Part shown: positions 12,971 through 25,879 of the stretch, one piece after another
Layout of the letters: each line of letters starts with the position of its first letter
How positions within the stretch are numbered: position 1 is the stretch's first letter
DNA from: Camelus ferus
Lineage: Eukaryota
Direction of reading: 5' to 3'
Assembly: GCF_009834535.1 (NCBI RefSeq)
Contig: NC_045696.1
Span: forward strand, 26,848,001 to 26,912,000
DNA length: 64,000 nt
Translations under genes and position numbers: made by a program
Notes under the pieces: model-generated
The model's input: only the letters and a program-made list of their open reading frames with translations
Told to the model about the DNA's origin: nothing
Database searches by the model: none

Positions 12971-13094
12971 ATTTAATTTTAAAACAATAATGGAAGTGTG
13001 TTATCTCTAACATTATAATTGAGAAGCTGAGGCTCAGAGAAGTTAAGAATCATCTTAGCTTCCCAATTTGATAAAAGACAATTTTGGGATATGA

Positions 13095-13860
13095 AATTGG
13101 CTAGTTAAGAATGAGGACTCTGGAGTCCAGGCATAGCTGAGTTCAAATCCCACGTCAGCTTGCAAGGGCCGAGAGCCGTTGGACATGTTATAGAGGTTCC
13201 TGAAGTTTCACCGATAAAGGAGAATGATTACCTCAAAAGGCGACTGTGAGTGGATTAAATGAGATGGCCTGTGTAAGGTATTCATGCACAGAGAAGAAAA
13301 AATATCTTTTTTTTACCTTTTTAAGTTCTTGACTGGGGCCCTTATAACAGGAGACAGATTAGCAAAAATAAAAAAGCATACAAATCTAATATATTAATAT
13401 AATTTAATCTAATCTATGAGGATGTAATATTTAATATACTTTTGTGACATAGGAAGCTTCATAAGGAAATGAAGGCCTAGACAAATGGTTAAACTAGAGT
13501 GTTTTAATGCTAGATCCACTGAAGAGCAGAAAGATGTGGAAAGATATGCAGGACAGAAGGTATGAGGCAAGTATAATAAATAAACTGGGGGAAACTTAGC
13601 AAGGGTTGCTCCTCCCCATTCCTCTCTGTGTCCCACAGTCTGCAGAGATAAGAAAGCTCCTTTCATTTGGGTGTATGGAGGGCACCCCTCACATGAACGT
13701 CTTATGACCTGCTTGAAGGCAAGGTTACAGAGTTCTTTCCCTTTCCATTTTTCAAATTTATTTAACTTGAAATAGTCAGTATGTCAAGGGGTCATATTTT
13801 GGGGTAGCATGTCCTAAACTTCATCATATGGCTTTTCGCATAATAAGCATTCAATAATTA
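13095..13860 (+). mobile_element. MIR SINE, split by the LTR at 13285-13826
   Basis: 'gttaagaatgaggactctggagtccagg..ctgagttcaaatccca' and 'gtgagtggattaaatgagat..gtgtaagg'; resumes as 'cataataagcattcaataatta'. Confidence 0.65.
13285..13826 (-). mobile_element. ERV1-class (MER34-like) solo LTR
   Basis: Reverse complement begins 'tgatgaagtttaggacatgctaccccaaaatatgaccccttgacata', homologous to the LTR starts at 15109 and 16122. Confidence 0.8.
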
Positions 13861-15108
13861 AATCCTGAGCATTAAGCCCTGTGACTAGTGTAAGTAAGTA
13901 CCCATGTTTATTCCTGTAGATTCTTTCTGTAGTTGGCTCGTTTAAATTACTCTGGATTGATGCTAGTTATATGCTCCAAAATGACATCATTCCCTAGTTG
14001 TTCTGTATCCCTGTGGGGCTTCTCTCAAGCTGGTCTGGCTTTAAATGTTCCGTAATAGTGACCAAGGAAATCTCATTCTTTTTAACATTTTTGAAATGTT
14101 AAAAGTTGTCCCCTATGTATTAACTATTGGTTAGTTGGTTATTGGTTTCTCTCCTTGTTGTACTAACAATGGCAGTCTTTTTGTAATGGGATAGGTGCTG
14201 TTTCAATAGGCTTTCCATGAATGGTCACTCGAGATTTTATGTGGTACTCTGGAGCAGTGCCAGTGACCTTGAGGCTCACACTTTAGACGGTTAAAGCAAT
14301 GAAGCAGGAGAAACAAAATGTTTACCCACCCCTCCGTCTCAGATGTAACATCTTTCCAGCCTGACCTGAATCAGAAGCAGAACTGGAAATTACTGAGGCA
14401 GAGTGGAGAAGCACTTGGGAGCTTTATACATTGTTTGTACTGCTTTCCACCAAGCTTGTGGCCATGATTTAGCAGCACTGTTTATACCTTAAGGGAGGAA
14501 ACACAATGAATATACTCAGTTGGAGGTTCTCAACAGATGGAACCATGTGCTTATCTGCAGACCTTATTCTAATCCATTCACATATTTTGAATCTAGTCAA
14601 TTTTAAAAGTGGTTCAGTCATGCAGGGCACTTGCTGTAAGTAAGTAAAAATATTACCACACTGGTTTTTAAGTTTTCTCATAAATGTGTACAGAAGAACA
14701 TAGACTTATCACTGTATTTGTGCGCTATGAGAACAAACTATGAATTATGAGAGTAGGAAGCACCCTCCAGAAAAGGATGTACGGAAGTGAGATTTGAGCA
14801 GTTTCATCAGGACAAGCAGCCATTGCTAAGACAAGCCACCCAGACCAAATTCAACCAAGAAACTTCTAAACAGGAGTGAAAGTCAGAGTGGAATGCAATC
14901 TTTCCTGCTACTGCCACTCAAGGAGGATCAGGAAATTGCAAGGGTAAACAAACTGACTTTTAGTAGGAGACAAGATCCCTCAAGAGAGAAGGCAGGAAAC
15001 GACAGCACTGCACAAATACAATTTTAAAATTATTTCTTGAGGAAAGACACACACAAAAATAAGTAACCAATGTTTTGTAGAATGTGTCTTGGATTCTGTT
15101 TAAATTAT

Positions 15109-15648
15109 TAATGGAATTCACGATACAGAATCCCCAAATATGGTACCTTGGCATATTAAATATCTCAAGCTGAGGGAATTTGAGAAAACGATGGAAGCAG
15201 GAATGTCACTCTGATCTCCCCTCTCCTTGCCCTTCTTCCCTGAAACAGGTCATAAAACTCCCATGTGACAGGTACCCTCCCAGTACCAAGAAAAAGGGAG
15301 ACATGCTTGTAACCAGAGACGAGGAATTTGGGGCTAAGAAATCTATACAAAGCTTGTTAAACTAACCCTATCAGCCTTGTTACTTCTTTGCTGTTTACTA
15401 CCCGTAGTTCAAACCCCTCAGTCTTGTCTGTTCTTCACAAATTTATTATTTCTTTGTTTAAAAGTAGAAAGCTTTCTGCTCTGGTCACTTTTTCAGGGCT
15501 TTTATTCTCTTGTTAAGGCTTCCATGTACATGTAAAAGTCCAATAAAATTTGTATGTCTTTCTCCTGTTAATCTAACTTTGACAGTTTAATTTTCAGGCC
15601 CAGCCAGGAACCCTAAGAAGGTTGAGAAAACCTTTTCTCCTCCCATAT
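15109..15648 (+). mobile_element. ERV1-class (MER34-like) solo LTR
   Basis: 'ccccaaatatggtaccttggcatatt...gaatttgagaaa', AATAAA at ~15542, end 'cagccaggaaccctaagaaggttgagaaaaccttttctcctccc'. Confidence 0.8.
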
Positions 15649-15850
15649 ATAAGTGGCCAATGAGAACATGAAAAACTGTTCAACATCGTTAGTCATTAGG
15701 GAAATGCAAATTAAGACTACAACAAGTACCACTATTATATAAGAGAATGGTTAAGATTAAAAAAAAATTGTCAATGCCAAAATTTTAGTGAGGAGGTGGA
15801 ACACCAGCACTCTCACACATTGTTGGTGAAAACGTAAAATGATACAATTT
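15649..15850 (+). mobile_element. Old L1 ORF2 3' fragment
   Basis: 'gtggccaatgagaacatgaaaaactgttcaacatcgttagtcattagggaaatgcaaattaag'. Confidence 0.75.
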
Positions 15851-16121
15851 TTGTTTTGTATTTTGTGTGTGGCATTTTTAAAAAAATGAGGAAAGCTAAT
15901 AAACATAGTGTCCAGAATAAACATGTGGAGAAATAATATAGGTCAACATAAAGAAATCTTGTAAATTATATATTATTAATTTTATTTTAAAAATCTACTG
16001 AAGTGTTACAGTTTGTAACTCCTCCTTCCAGTTGAGAATGAGAAATTTTACTCAAAACAGACTTACATGCAATATGAGCCTAACTCTTCTGACAATGTAA
16101 ATTCTATCTCATGAAGTATTA

Positions 16122-16613
16122 TGATGGGGTTCAGGGCACATTACCCCAAAATATGGCACCTTGGCATATCGAATATTTAAACTAAAGGAATCTAAGAAAG
16201 CAGCAGAAGCTGTTTCTCCCCTTCTCTCCTGTAACAGGTCATACAACCCTCATATAAGAGGTACCTTCCCTATACCCAGAGGAAAGGAGCAGCCTTATTG
16301 CTGAAGACAAATGGATGCTGAGAAGAATGGGAACAACAGGTCCTACCAAGTTTCCCTCAGTTTACTACACCTACTTCAGACTCCTTTACCTATTATAGTT
16401 CTGCACAGTTGTATACTGGTCATCAAACCTAGCATAAATACACTAAGGTCTTCTTTGGGTCTTCATTTCCTTATGAAGTCTCCCATGTTGTGTACTATTT
16501 ATTACATGAAAAAAAGTTCAGGCTTTTATCCTGTTAATCTGATTTTTTCATTTTAATTTTCAGACCCAACCAGAGATCCTAAGATGATGACGAAAATTTT
16601 TTCCTTCCCTACA
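16122..16613 (+). mobile_element. ERV1-class (MER34-like) solo LTR with TG...CA ends
   Basis: Starts 'tgatggggttcagggcacattaccccaaaatatggcaccttggcata' and ends 'ttccttccctaca'. Confidence 0.85.
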
Positions 16614-19216
16614 GTTTCTTGAATCCATCTGTCTCCCTGGAATGATTCATATTTCTAGATATTTTCCTTTTTACTGAACCCAGTGAAGAACATTGATACT
16701 GTTCTCATTCACTCTAGGGAGAACAGTCTGGATGCTCTAATGAGTGGTTAGTGCTGAGCAAATATCAAAAAGACATAATATGACCCATTCTCTTTATGAA
16801 TTTATAATCTAGTTGAAGAGGCAACTGTCTGGAATTCGCATCATTAGATTAACTTTTTTAGGCTTACAGAAGGAACCTGTTAAAATGAAAATATACTTTG
16901 AGATATGTGAACACATGGAATTATTAGGAAGCCCTAAGTGGTGTGTTTCACATCTACAGAAGCTTAGCTACTTTCTAGATTCTTCTTGGATATAGGGAAG
17001 GATACACTGAAAGACAATTTGAGAAAAGCACCTATGCTTTCACTGTTGAATGGAAAGGAAACCATGAACTAATCTTTTCAGATCCATAACAGGAGGAAAA
17101 AGAAAAGTGAGGCAAGCAGAGAACCAACATTTATCCATCACCAACTACATACAGAGGATTTTACATGCATTATCTAATTTCAATATCAACAACATTTATA
17201 AAGAAAAGTTATTACCCCCAATTTACAGAAAAGAAATTGCATCTTCTTAAGATGACTTAGCAAGGAAGAGAATCCATGATATTGATTTCTTGTCCCTATT
17301 GTTCCCACTACCTAATAAATTTCACCAATGTCTATACCTTTCATCTGTATCCAGAAAATTCAAATCCTAGTGTTGAGAAGTAGCTAACCACAGAAAATAC
17401 TCAGTATGACTTCTGAAAAAACTGTAAATTTAATGACACCTTTTTATTTAATGAAAGCAAAAAAAAAAAAAAAAAAAGGAAGACAAAGACAGAAACAGAT
17501 ATATAATATGGAAAAAATACAGTTGGTCTTTGGTCGGATCAGATTATATGCTTTTCCTTTACTTACGATCTTTGTCTCTAGATCAGTTAAATATATATTA
17601 AAATTTATATTTTAATAATTTGGAAGTAATTTTTTAAAGAATTACAGGATCATTATTTATCACAACTATACCTGTACCATACGTTGGTGAACAAAGCCTA
17701 CATTTTGGTAGGTAAACCTGTGTTACCATCTAGTGGTAAATTATTAGAATTACAGACACAAACTCCCTGAGTCATGGAGAGAAGCTAATCTGTGAACCTA
17801 GAAAATACAACAATCCTAAATAACAATAAGCAATGTCACAAGCTACAACTTCTCCTTAGATCTTGTGGTTTAAATGCATTCAGACAGGTTCTCAGATGTG
17901 CAGATACAAGGCTGGATTACAATGAAGCTTTCTAAAAGTATTCATGTGTTTAATGCCTTATCAAGGTATTGAGTAATGCTGACTTCAAAGCTGGGTAGGA
18001 CATGGTTCATTATTTTTAGTCAAATTGTAGTCATAATTTAGTTTATAAATACCCTTCCTAAATTAGCACTGGAAAACCACTAAGCCTGAGAAACTCTGAT
18101 GCCCAGGAAACAATGGAGGCAGGAAAAATAGAATAATAGACTATGATTTAGCTATAAGATTTTCTCATGGGAAGAGGAGAGCACTGTGAATATACCAGGA
18201 TAGGCTCAGTTTTTCTCCCGACATTTCCCCATAGTTTGATACTAACTCTCCATTCTAGCAACCATTTTCAGTCTACCCATGGGAACACTAATAAAAGGCA
18301 AAAATACAGGCAGGTAGGTTGTGGCACATAAACACATGAATGCAGTCTCCTTTGGATCAGGAGGGACAGGTAAACTATCCATCCATCTTACACACCTTCT
18401 CAGAATAATATCATGTTCCAATCCCTCTACTGGTAATAAAAGCTAAAGCAAGTAAGTAAAGATTTAATGGGGAAGAATTAATACAGAATGACAGTCCAAA
18501 ATCAATGACACAACACAGATCCACACAAAATCTTGCTGAGAGAGAAATGAAGAATAAGTAACTAACGAGGGGAGTCGGCAGAATCTTCATGGATGAGGGA
18601 TCAGTTGAACCTGTCATTGAACTATGAGTAGGGGCTTAACAAGTGTTTAAGAAGAAAAGAGGTCTAGAAACGCCAAAAACTCTTCTCCTTGAACAACAGT
18701 ACTATGCTTTAGGTCTTCTAAAGAAGGCAATCTCATGTGTGTTGTTGCAGCAAAAGATCCTGGGCAGCCAGAGAGTAATATCTGATGGGCACTGGGTGGA
18801 ATCGTGGCGATCAGTGACAGAGAAGATAGTTAAGAAACCCATCTAAAAACACAGCTATTGACTCATCATACGTTATGTTTCTGTATTTTTATAATTTTAT
18901 TCAGCACAGACACAGTAAAAAAAAATCAACCACTAGAAGTTAAGCTTCATAAAAGAATTTTATGTATTTTGTCACTGCGGAGTTCCCAGTGGTTGGAAAA
19001 GTAGCTGGCAAATAGTAGCAGCTAAATAAACATGTAAATATTTGTCCATTGAGGCTTACAGCCATTTATTTGGTAAGCACTTATTTAATACTTATTATGT
19101 GCTGGCACTGTGACAATATATGTCAGGCAAGTTGTATTTTTGCCCAAAAGGATTAAGTTACAGACAAGTTATAACTCTTACTAGTGAGAAACAAACTTTC
19201 TGAAATAACTGGTAAC

Positions 19217-19541
19217 AGCAATATTCAATATGGTAGCCACTAACCACATGTGGCTATTGAGCAGTTGAAATGGGTCTAGTCTAACTTGAGAAGTGCTGTA
19301 AGTCTAAAATATACTCCTGCTTTCAAAGGCTTGGAACAAAAAAAAAATTATGCAAAAATACCTCATAGAAATTTTTTATATTGACTGCATCCTGAAATGT
19401 GCAAAAATAAATATATTTTGTTAAATAAAACATATCATTAAAATGAATTCACCTTTCTTTTTACAGTCTGTTGAGGTGGTTACTGAGAAATGTAAAATTA
19501 CGTATGTAGCTCATTTTATGTTTCTGCTGAACAGTGTTCTG
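19217..19541 (-). mobile_element. MER33 (hAT-Charlie) non-autonomous DNA transposon
   Basis: 'caatatggtagccactaaccacatgtggctattgagca.ttgaaatg...aatgtaaaattacgtatgtagctca..ttatgtttc'; ~325 bp, matching the recalled MER33 length. Confidence 0.85.
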
Positions 19542-20449
19542 CTAGAAAACCAAGATTAGAATTAGATTATTATCTAATTTTCAGTGTATGAGTAGAAAAA
19601 CCTCTTTATATTCATCTTGCAGATTATATTAATTTTGAGCACTGAGGCTAAGGGTGAGTTGAATGAATAAATTGAGTGACTTAAGTGCATTATGCAATTA
19701 AGAGAGGCAGTGTCCAGTTCTAAACAGTAACCTAATTCAGTGCTTGATGATTTGTGGGCAGATACAGAGAATCAACCTTGATCCTCCACAAAGCTTAGGA
19801 CTCCCTGTTGAATAGAGGAAAGGTAAGACACTTTCAATAGTTTCTTCGGCAGGTGTTCAGATTTCACCTACTGCTCCAGCTTATACATGGGATCAATTTC
19901 TTTCTGAGGAGTTCTACTTCCTCGATGCAATGAAATAGTACAATCACAGAAAATGGCAAAAATCAGGAATTTCATCTCAGCTTCTAGTCAAAGAGTTTTG
20001 AGACCTCCCTGTAAGAGTTGTATGATCATGACCCAGTGTGTGCTTTCTGTTTGGAAATGCTTTCCCCTCAGCCAACACTGCTGCTAGAAATTTTAAGAAT
20101 ACCATTGGAGAGGTGTGTTCTCATGCAGTATTGTGAAAATTCAACTTGGAAATTCTGAGCATTGTGGGATCAGCAAACAAATAGATTAGGCAGCAATCGG
20201 GATGCTAGAGCATAGATAACAGCAGGGGTGTCTGGACAGTATTATTTTGGGCTAGGAAAGTTATGAGAGAGTTTTATGTTGAAAGAACAAATTGTAGTTT
20301 AAGGAGCATGTAGGTACTAGGCATTAGCAGGAGAAGAGGAATCAAAAATCCAACAAGTTGCAACATACAATGAGAAAAAAAAAAAAAGGTAGATAACTTG
20401 GCTTTTAAAACTCTTTTCTGCTTTTAAAACTGAGTTCACAAATGGTCAA

Positions 20450-21310
20450 GAAGCAATCTGAATTTCAGGCCATGAAATATTCCCAGCTCTCTCTACTTCC
20501 TAGCACATAATAGAATTTTACTTCCTGGGATCTTATGGTTCCATGGGGACATGCCATTAATTATACTCAACGATTTGTTTGTAAAAGTGATAGAAGTCCC
20601 TCCTGAGCTAGAGTGTTCTATTATCAGTGCAAGTCTGTCAATGCTCTGTGAGATCTAAGACCAACCATAAACTGAGTCACATTGTAATCCTTTGGGTTAC
20701 AAGTAAAGTGCCTTAACCTCTAGGCTTTGCTCCCACTCCCAAGGCCCCAACCAGTGGAGCATAATTTCCTGGTAGATATGGAGGCTCTTTTTCTGGCAGC
20801 TGCCTACACTGTCACTGTGGACTGCATTCAACAGGAGGGCTCTCATCTAAGTGATGTTCAGAGATTTGGGCTCTTTCGAATGACAGAAGAATAAGGGAAC
20901 AGCATTCACCTCTGCAACAGGAGCAAGAGTCATCAAGCTATGGAAGTTCAGAATTTATTCACCTGTGATGTGGACTTCCATTTCTGAGACTGGTTCCCCT
21001 AGGATTAGTGTCGTTTATTCCCTTGCTATGATTGGCTACACGCAATGTAGCTAATGTGATCTATTGAACCTAGATATAATTCATGTACATACTGGTTTTT
21101 CAACCTCACCCATTTGGTGGAAAATTTTTACAGATAATCAAATAAGACACTACTCATATGTTGATGCTGTGGCCAGTTCTGGAACTTAATGCACAATTTA
21201 GACCTTTGGCACATTAAAAATACTTCCAGAGCACTCTATTTCATCTGATATGATGACTACCAAGGCTCACGATGGTGGCTGCTGCATCAGCTTTGGTCTC
21301 TGAATGACTG
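20450..21310 (+). mobile_element. MLT1I/J-like MaLR LTR in two pieces (~20450-20650 and ~21225-21310), separated by unexplained sequence
   Basis: 'aaatattccc..cttcctagcacataatagaattttacttcct' and later 'gatggtggctgctgcatcagctttggtctctgaatgac'. Confidence 0.55.
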
Positions 21311-24300
21311 TAGCTAAAGATTACTGTAATTAATAGTCAGAAAGGGGTAGATAAAATAAAAGAACATCAAACCTAGAATTACTGGTCTGAATTATAAACC
21401 TGGTTATGTTATTTGCTAACTATGTCAACACAGGAAAGCAAACCATTGACTTCAACTTTCCATTCCCTTATCTTTAAAATAAGGTTAATAATGCTGAGCC
21501 AACTAAAGGTTATGAAGAACAAATGAGACAAAATAAAAGAAAGCTATTCTACAGATGAATGGTAATTCATGCTATGAGAAGCAGGGGATATTACATTTTC
21601 TATGGAAACTTTGAAGACTTCTCTTTCAATGTAAAACCGTGTATGACTAGTAACACTTGAACAGTGCTAAAGCCAAGGCAGAGCTAGGGGTCGTCCTTAG
21701 CTTTCCAGTGTAGATGGCACTGCCATCAACTGAAATAAAAATCATGGAAAGAGGAGAAGTTTTGTGCCCTGCTGTTGGTTTCCGAGAGTAGAGTGATTTG
21801 CATGGCTAATTTAGAATAATGTAGGGATCTTTTTCTTAAATTCCTCTACACAGACTTTAGGAATGAAATTTCCCATTTGCATAATTAGGAGTTGAGCACA
21901 ATTTCCTTTCCTTCCTCAATATGTAAATGCCCATATTAACTTTATGCACATCTGAATGTAATAAAATACCCTCTCTTATCCTTATCAATTATTTGCACAC
22001 AATTCCTTAGAATTACTCACCACTACCCCCCACCCCCACTCCCATCAATAGATATAAGCATTTAATTCTCAGGACCCAATATATTGTGACTCATATTTCT
22101 TTACCTCTTCCAAGGCTATAGAGCAAGCATATAGAATTCTGCTCTGGCATCTGCTTTACTCTTAGGGATTTTTTTTTTTTGATACTTCTTTATTTCTATT
22201 GTTATATTTATTCTTGACTTTAGGAGGCAATCACCTCTTGAGCTGGTAATCAGTTTGTGTCTGTTGTTGCTAGGTTTGTCAGATGTATGGCCATCCTTTT
22301 TCTTCTGCTTCACCTGTCACAACATAATGGCTATCAATCTTGCCCATCTTGAAGTTTGAGCAATACGTATGAATAATTTGACTCTGAAACTTTGTGAAGT
22401 AACATTTTAATTAGCATTTAGATAGGATTTGTATTTTGTCAACAAAAAGAAAAATGTTCAATCTATTTTCCAGGGGTTTCTTCATTCATTTATCCAGCAA
22501 TTATAGTTTACTTACTAAATATTCACACTATAAACATATCAGTGTGAATTTACAGTCTCATTGAAAAAAAAAAGAATATATCTATTAACCATTTTTTCTA
22601 AAATATTTCAATTGCCTTTTGCTTTTACCTACAGATAAAATAAATTTGTCAACTGCCTAATATATTCGGGCTACGTAGAGAGTCAATATAAAAACAAGTA
22701 AAATTTCAGTGAAGTACTTTCTAATAGCAACTTCTAAATTAAAAATCCCTGATAATTTCCTTAAATATTTACTTGCTTTTGCTTAGGTAGTAATCAAATT
22801 TAAAAATGTTTGTCTATCTAAATTGTAGTTAAGTAAAAATCTACTCACGTAGTTTCTTATGTTCAGAAAGCCAGTAGATATACAAATTAATAACTGAAGA
22901 AATTCAAGAAAAATTCCAAGGGGGGAAAAAAAACAGTTGGATTTATTAATTATATTTCTAGTCCAAACTTACTTCAGTTCTCAACTTAATTGTCATATGG
23001 AAACCTATCCTTTATTGTCTTTACATACACCACACACACCCCTGCCACACACAATTTAATTTAATCCAATAGGAAACTGTTATTCACCAAAACCTTTGTT
23101 TGGTTTCCATACTTTTAAAAACCTCCTCAGATCTATTCCCCTGCTGTCCTATTTTCTTTCAGCTCTATCCTGAAGAAAGCCTCTCTCTGTGATTTGAAAC
23201 ATTTCCCAGTGTCTGTTGCAGTGACTAATTTTTCATCTTATTAATACCAATAATATAATGCATTTGAGCACTCTGCAGCATTTTGATAAGATTCCATGGG
23301 GGTCTAGCCTTTTCCAGCTATATAAAAATGTTCAAAAAATAAAGCATCAGGGCAAAAATTTATGCCCTGCTGACCATTTGTACCAAAAGAGATTAGAACA
23401 CACTGTGGAAGTCTGTTCTATAGAGTGTTTTCTGAAGATGGGAGCTACACAGAGGGCTTCATTAACTTCCAAAAACTTCAAAATGAAAAAATGGGAGGAA
23501 CGTATCTTGGAAAGACTGGACAACAAGACATCACACTAAACAGTATACCCATTATGATGAGTAAAGGGGATGTTTGATTTAGAGAGTATTGATTTCAATC
23601 CCCATTTCAATGAAATGAGAAAAAAAGGGGTAGTTTTAAGAGAAAGACATGAAGCATTATACTTTTATCAGACATTGGTCACTTTGAGCTTACTTACTAA
23701 TGACTTACATCCTCAGTCTCAATACCAAAAAGAGAAAAATCACTGGTTTCACAGACTAGCACACACAGGATAGGATTTACTTAATTCATCCTAAAATTTC
23801 AGAAAAAATTTCAGTAACAGTTGAAGCATGCCACCTGTTTTAGATATGATCTCTTTGGGGAATTGCAGTGAGTTTTGGAAATATATACAGTTCAGGGCCC
23901 TGTGAAATGCTGATGTATCAATATATATTACGAGCAGCTTGACAATGTTGAGTACTAATGTCTAATTTGCTTTTGAGAGGTCATGCTATAAGCTACTTGA
24001 AGAGCAATTATTTTTAATGTGTCAGAAGATGTGAGCACAACAGTTAATTTTTATTAACACTTTATCATAGAGAAGTAATATCTCAGCTGCAGAGAAGAAA
24101 AATATTCTGGCCCTACCCCATTTACTGTAACAGAGGTATTATGAAACCTCCGTCTCCAGGAACCTCCTGAAAGTCATTTCTCACAACCACAGTTTGCTAT
24201 GTCTTATACTAACTGGGGTAAATAAAAGATATTATGATCCAAATAGCAAAATAAATAAATATATAAGTACCAAAAAAAAAAAAAAAAACCCTCAAAAACT

Positions 24301-25879
24301 CTTAGGACCAATTAAATGACTTAATCAGTCAAAATTGATTGTTTTACTATTATTAGCCCAATTTACTAAATTTAGGGTTTCAATTCTCTGATTCATTTTT
24401 CAGTTGGATACAGAGCTTTTGAATGTCCTGGGAAAGCTTCGATCACTATCCCAACTATCCATACATCAGCGAGGCCTCTGTAATTGTGTCTTCTGTACCA
24501 CTCCTGGCACTATATACAACTGAGATTTTACTGCACACAGAAGATTGTGCCACAGAGTCGTTCAGCTTGTCTCAAATATTCTTTTCACTCATTAGTGGAA
24601 GTTAAATTAACGTCATCATACCATTAGTATAATTGATAATTTGACCTAAAAGCTATATACAAAATTTTCCTAATCAATAGAAATTATTTCTTTAAAATGT
24701 TTAACTAAACTTTGAATAGATTTGCTTCATTACAGTGCAAGAAAGAAAAATGTGACTAAAATGAATTATTTTAAGTTATCTATTTTCTTTTAACACATTA
24801 GGCAAATTCTGATGATGGAGAAATTCAGACTTATAATTTAGTTACAGGAAATACTAATGACAATAACCTTGAAATAGTTAAAAATATTTTACAGTTACAG
24901 TTTTCAGCTACTCCCTTATAAAATTGAAATGCAAATACAGTCATAACATTCTCCCTTATGACAGAAGCCTATAAGAAATGGCTTAAGTCTGGAAAAATAA
25001 TATCTACAATTTTGATAAGTGTGCCTTTTAGTTCTTGGTGCAAAATTGGGGTCCATATTCAACTCACTCCACTTGCTATAGTTTGCCAGTGGATTGAATG
25101 AAAGAAAAGAAAATGTGAAAATTAACGTAAAGAATGGCATTAATTTCAATGAAATATCAACGTGCTAATGTCCAGTTTTTCTAAGCTCATCTTTTTAATT
25201 AAGCTGTTGACATAGTCAGATTGTCATTTGGATAGCAACAGGTAGGTCAAACAGAGGGCCATGGGAATTATTATCAGTTATTAGACCACATTGGGAAAAT
25301 AACTTTTTGGAAAAACCATAAACAAAGGAAAATAAATAAAATAATTCAACATCTTCTACTAAGCTTTAGGGCTATAAATCTATTCAGAATTACTTAAAAT
25401 AACTGTGAGCAAAGACTTGAATGCATTATGACAGTTAGAATGTGCTTTGAAAATGTAGAATCAGACAATCTTGACAGCTGCTTCACATGAACTATTGAGA
25501 CACTTAAGTTGCAAATATTCCCAAAAGAAGAGGAATTAATATTCTGTGGAGTTGCATGCAAGATGGAAGTCTTCTGAATTATCTGCAGGGTTCAAGGAGG
25601 GTTTAGCCTTTCTGGTCTCTGACTATGTCTACAAAAGCAAAGTGAAGTGGAGAAGTAAAGCAATTATCCTGATTAACCAAGCAAAAAATATTTCTCTGCA
25701 TGTCAGAGAAAGACAATTGTTAAGGCATGAATAATACAGATTGACCACACTATCTATGTTGATTGAATTCACCAAACATTGCTATGTTACCTTATCTTGT
25801 TTATATAGACAACCAAAGAAATAGTAAAATTGTGAAATACATCTAACCTCAAACTCTAACCATGCCTTTATTTCCCTTC

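Noticed and set aside
14080..14104. 11-bp inverted repeat ttttaacattt/aaatgttaaaa
   Set aside because: Low-complexity AT-rich stem, plausible by chance in 64 kb.
20778..20894. Assigning the short ORF in the MLT1 insert to a known small-protein gene
   Set aside because: Only a vague resemblance; I cannot support a gene name without a search.
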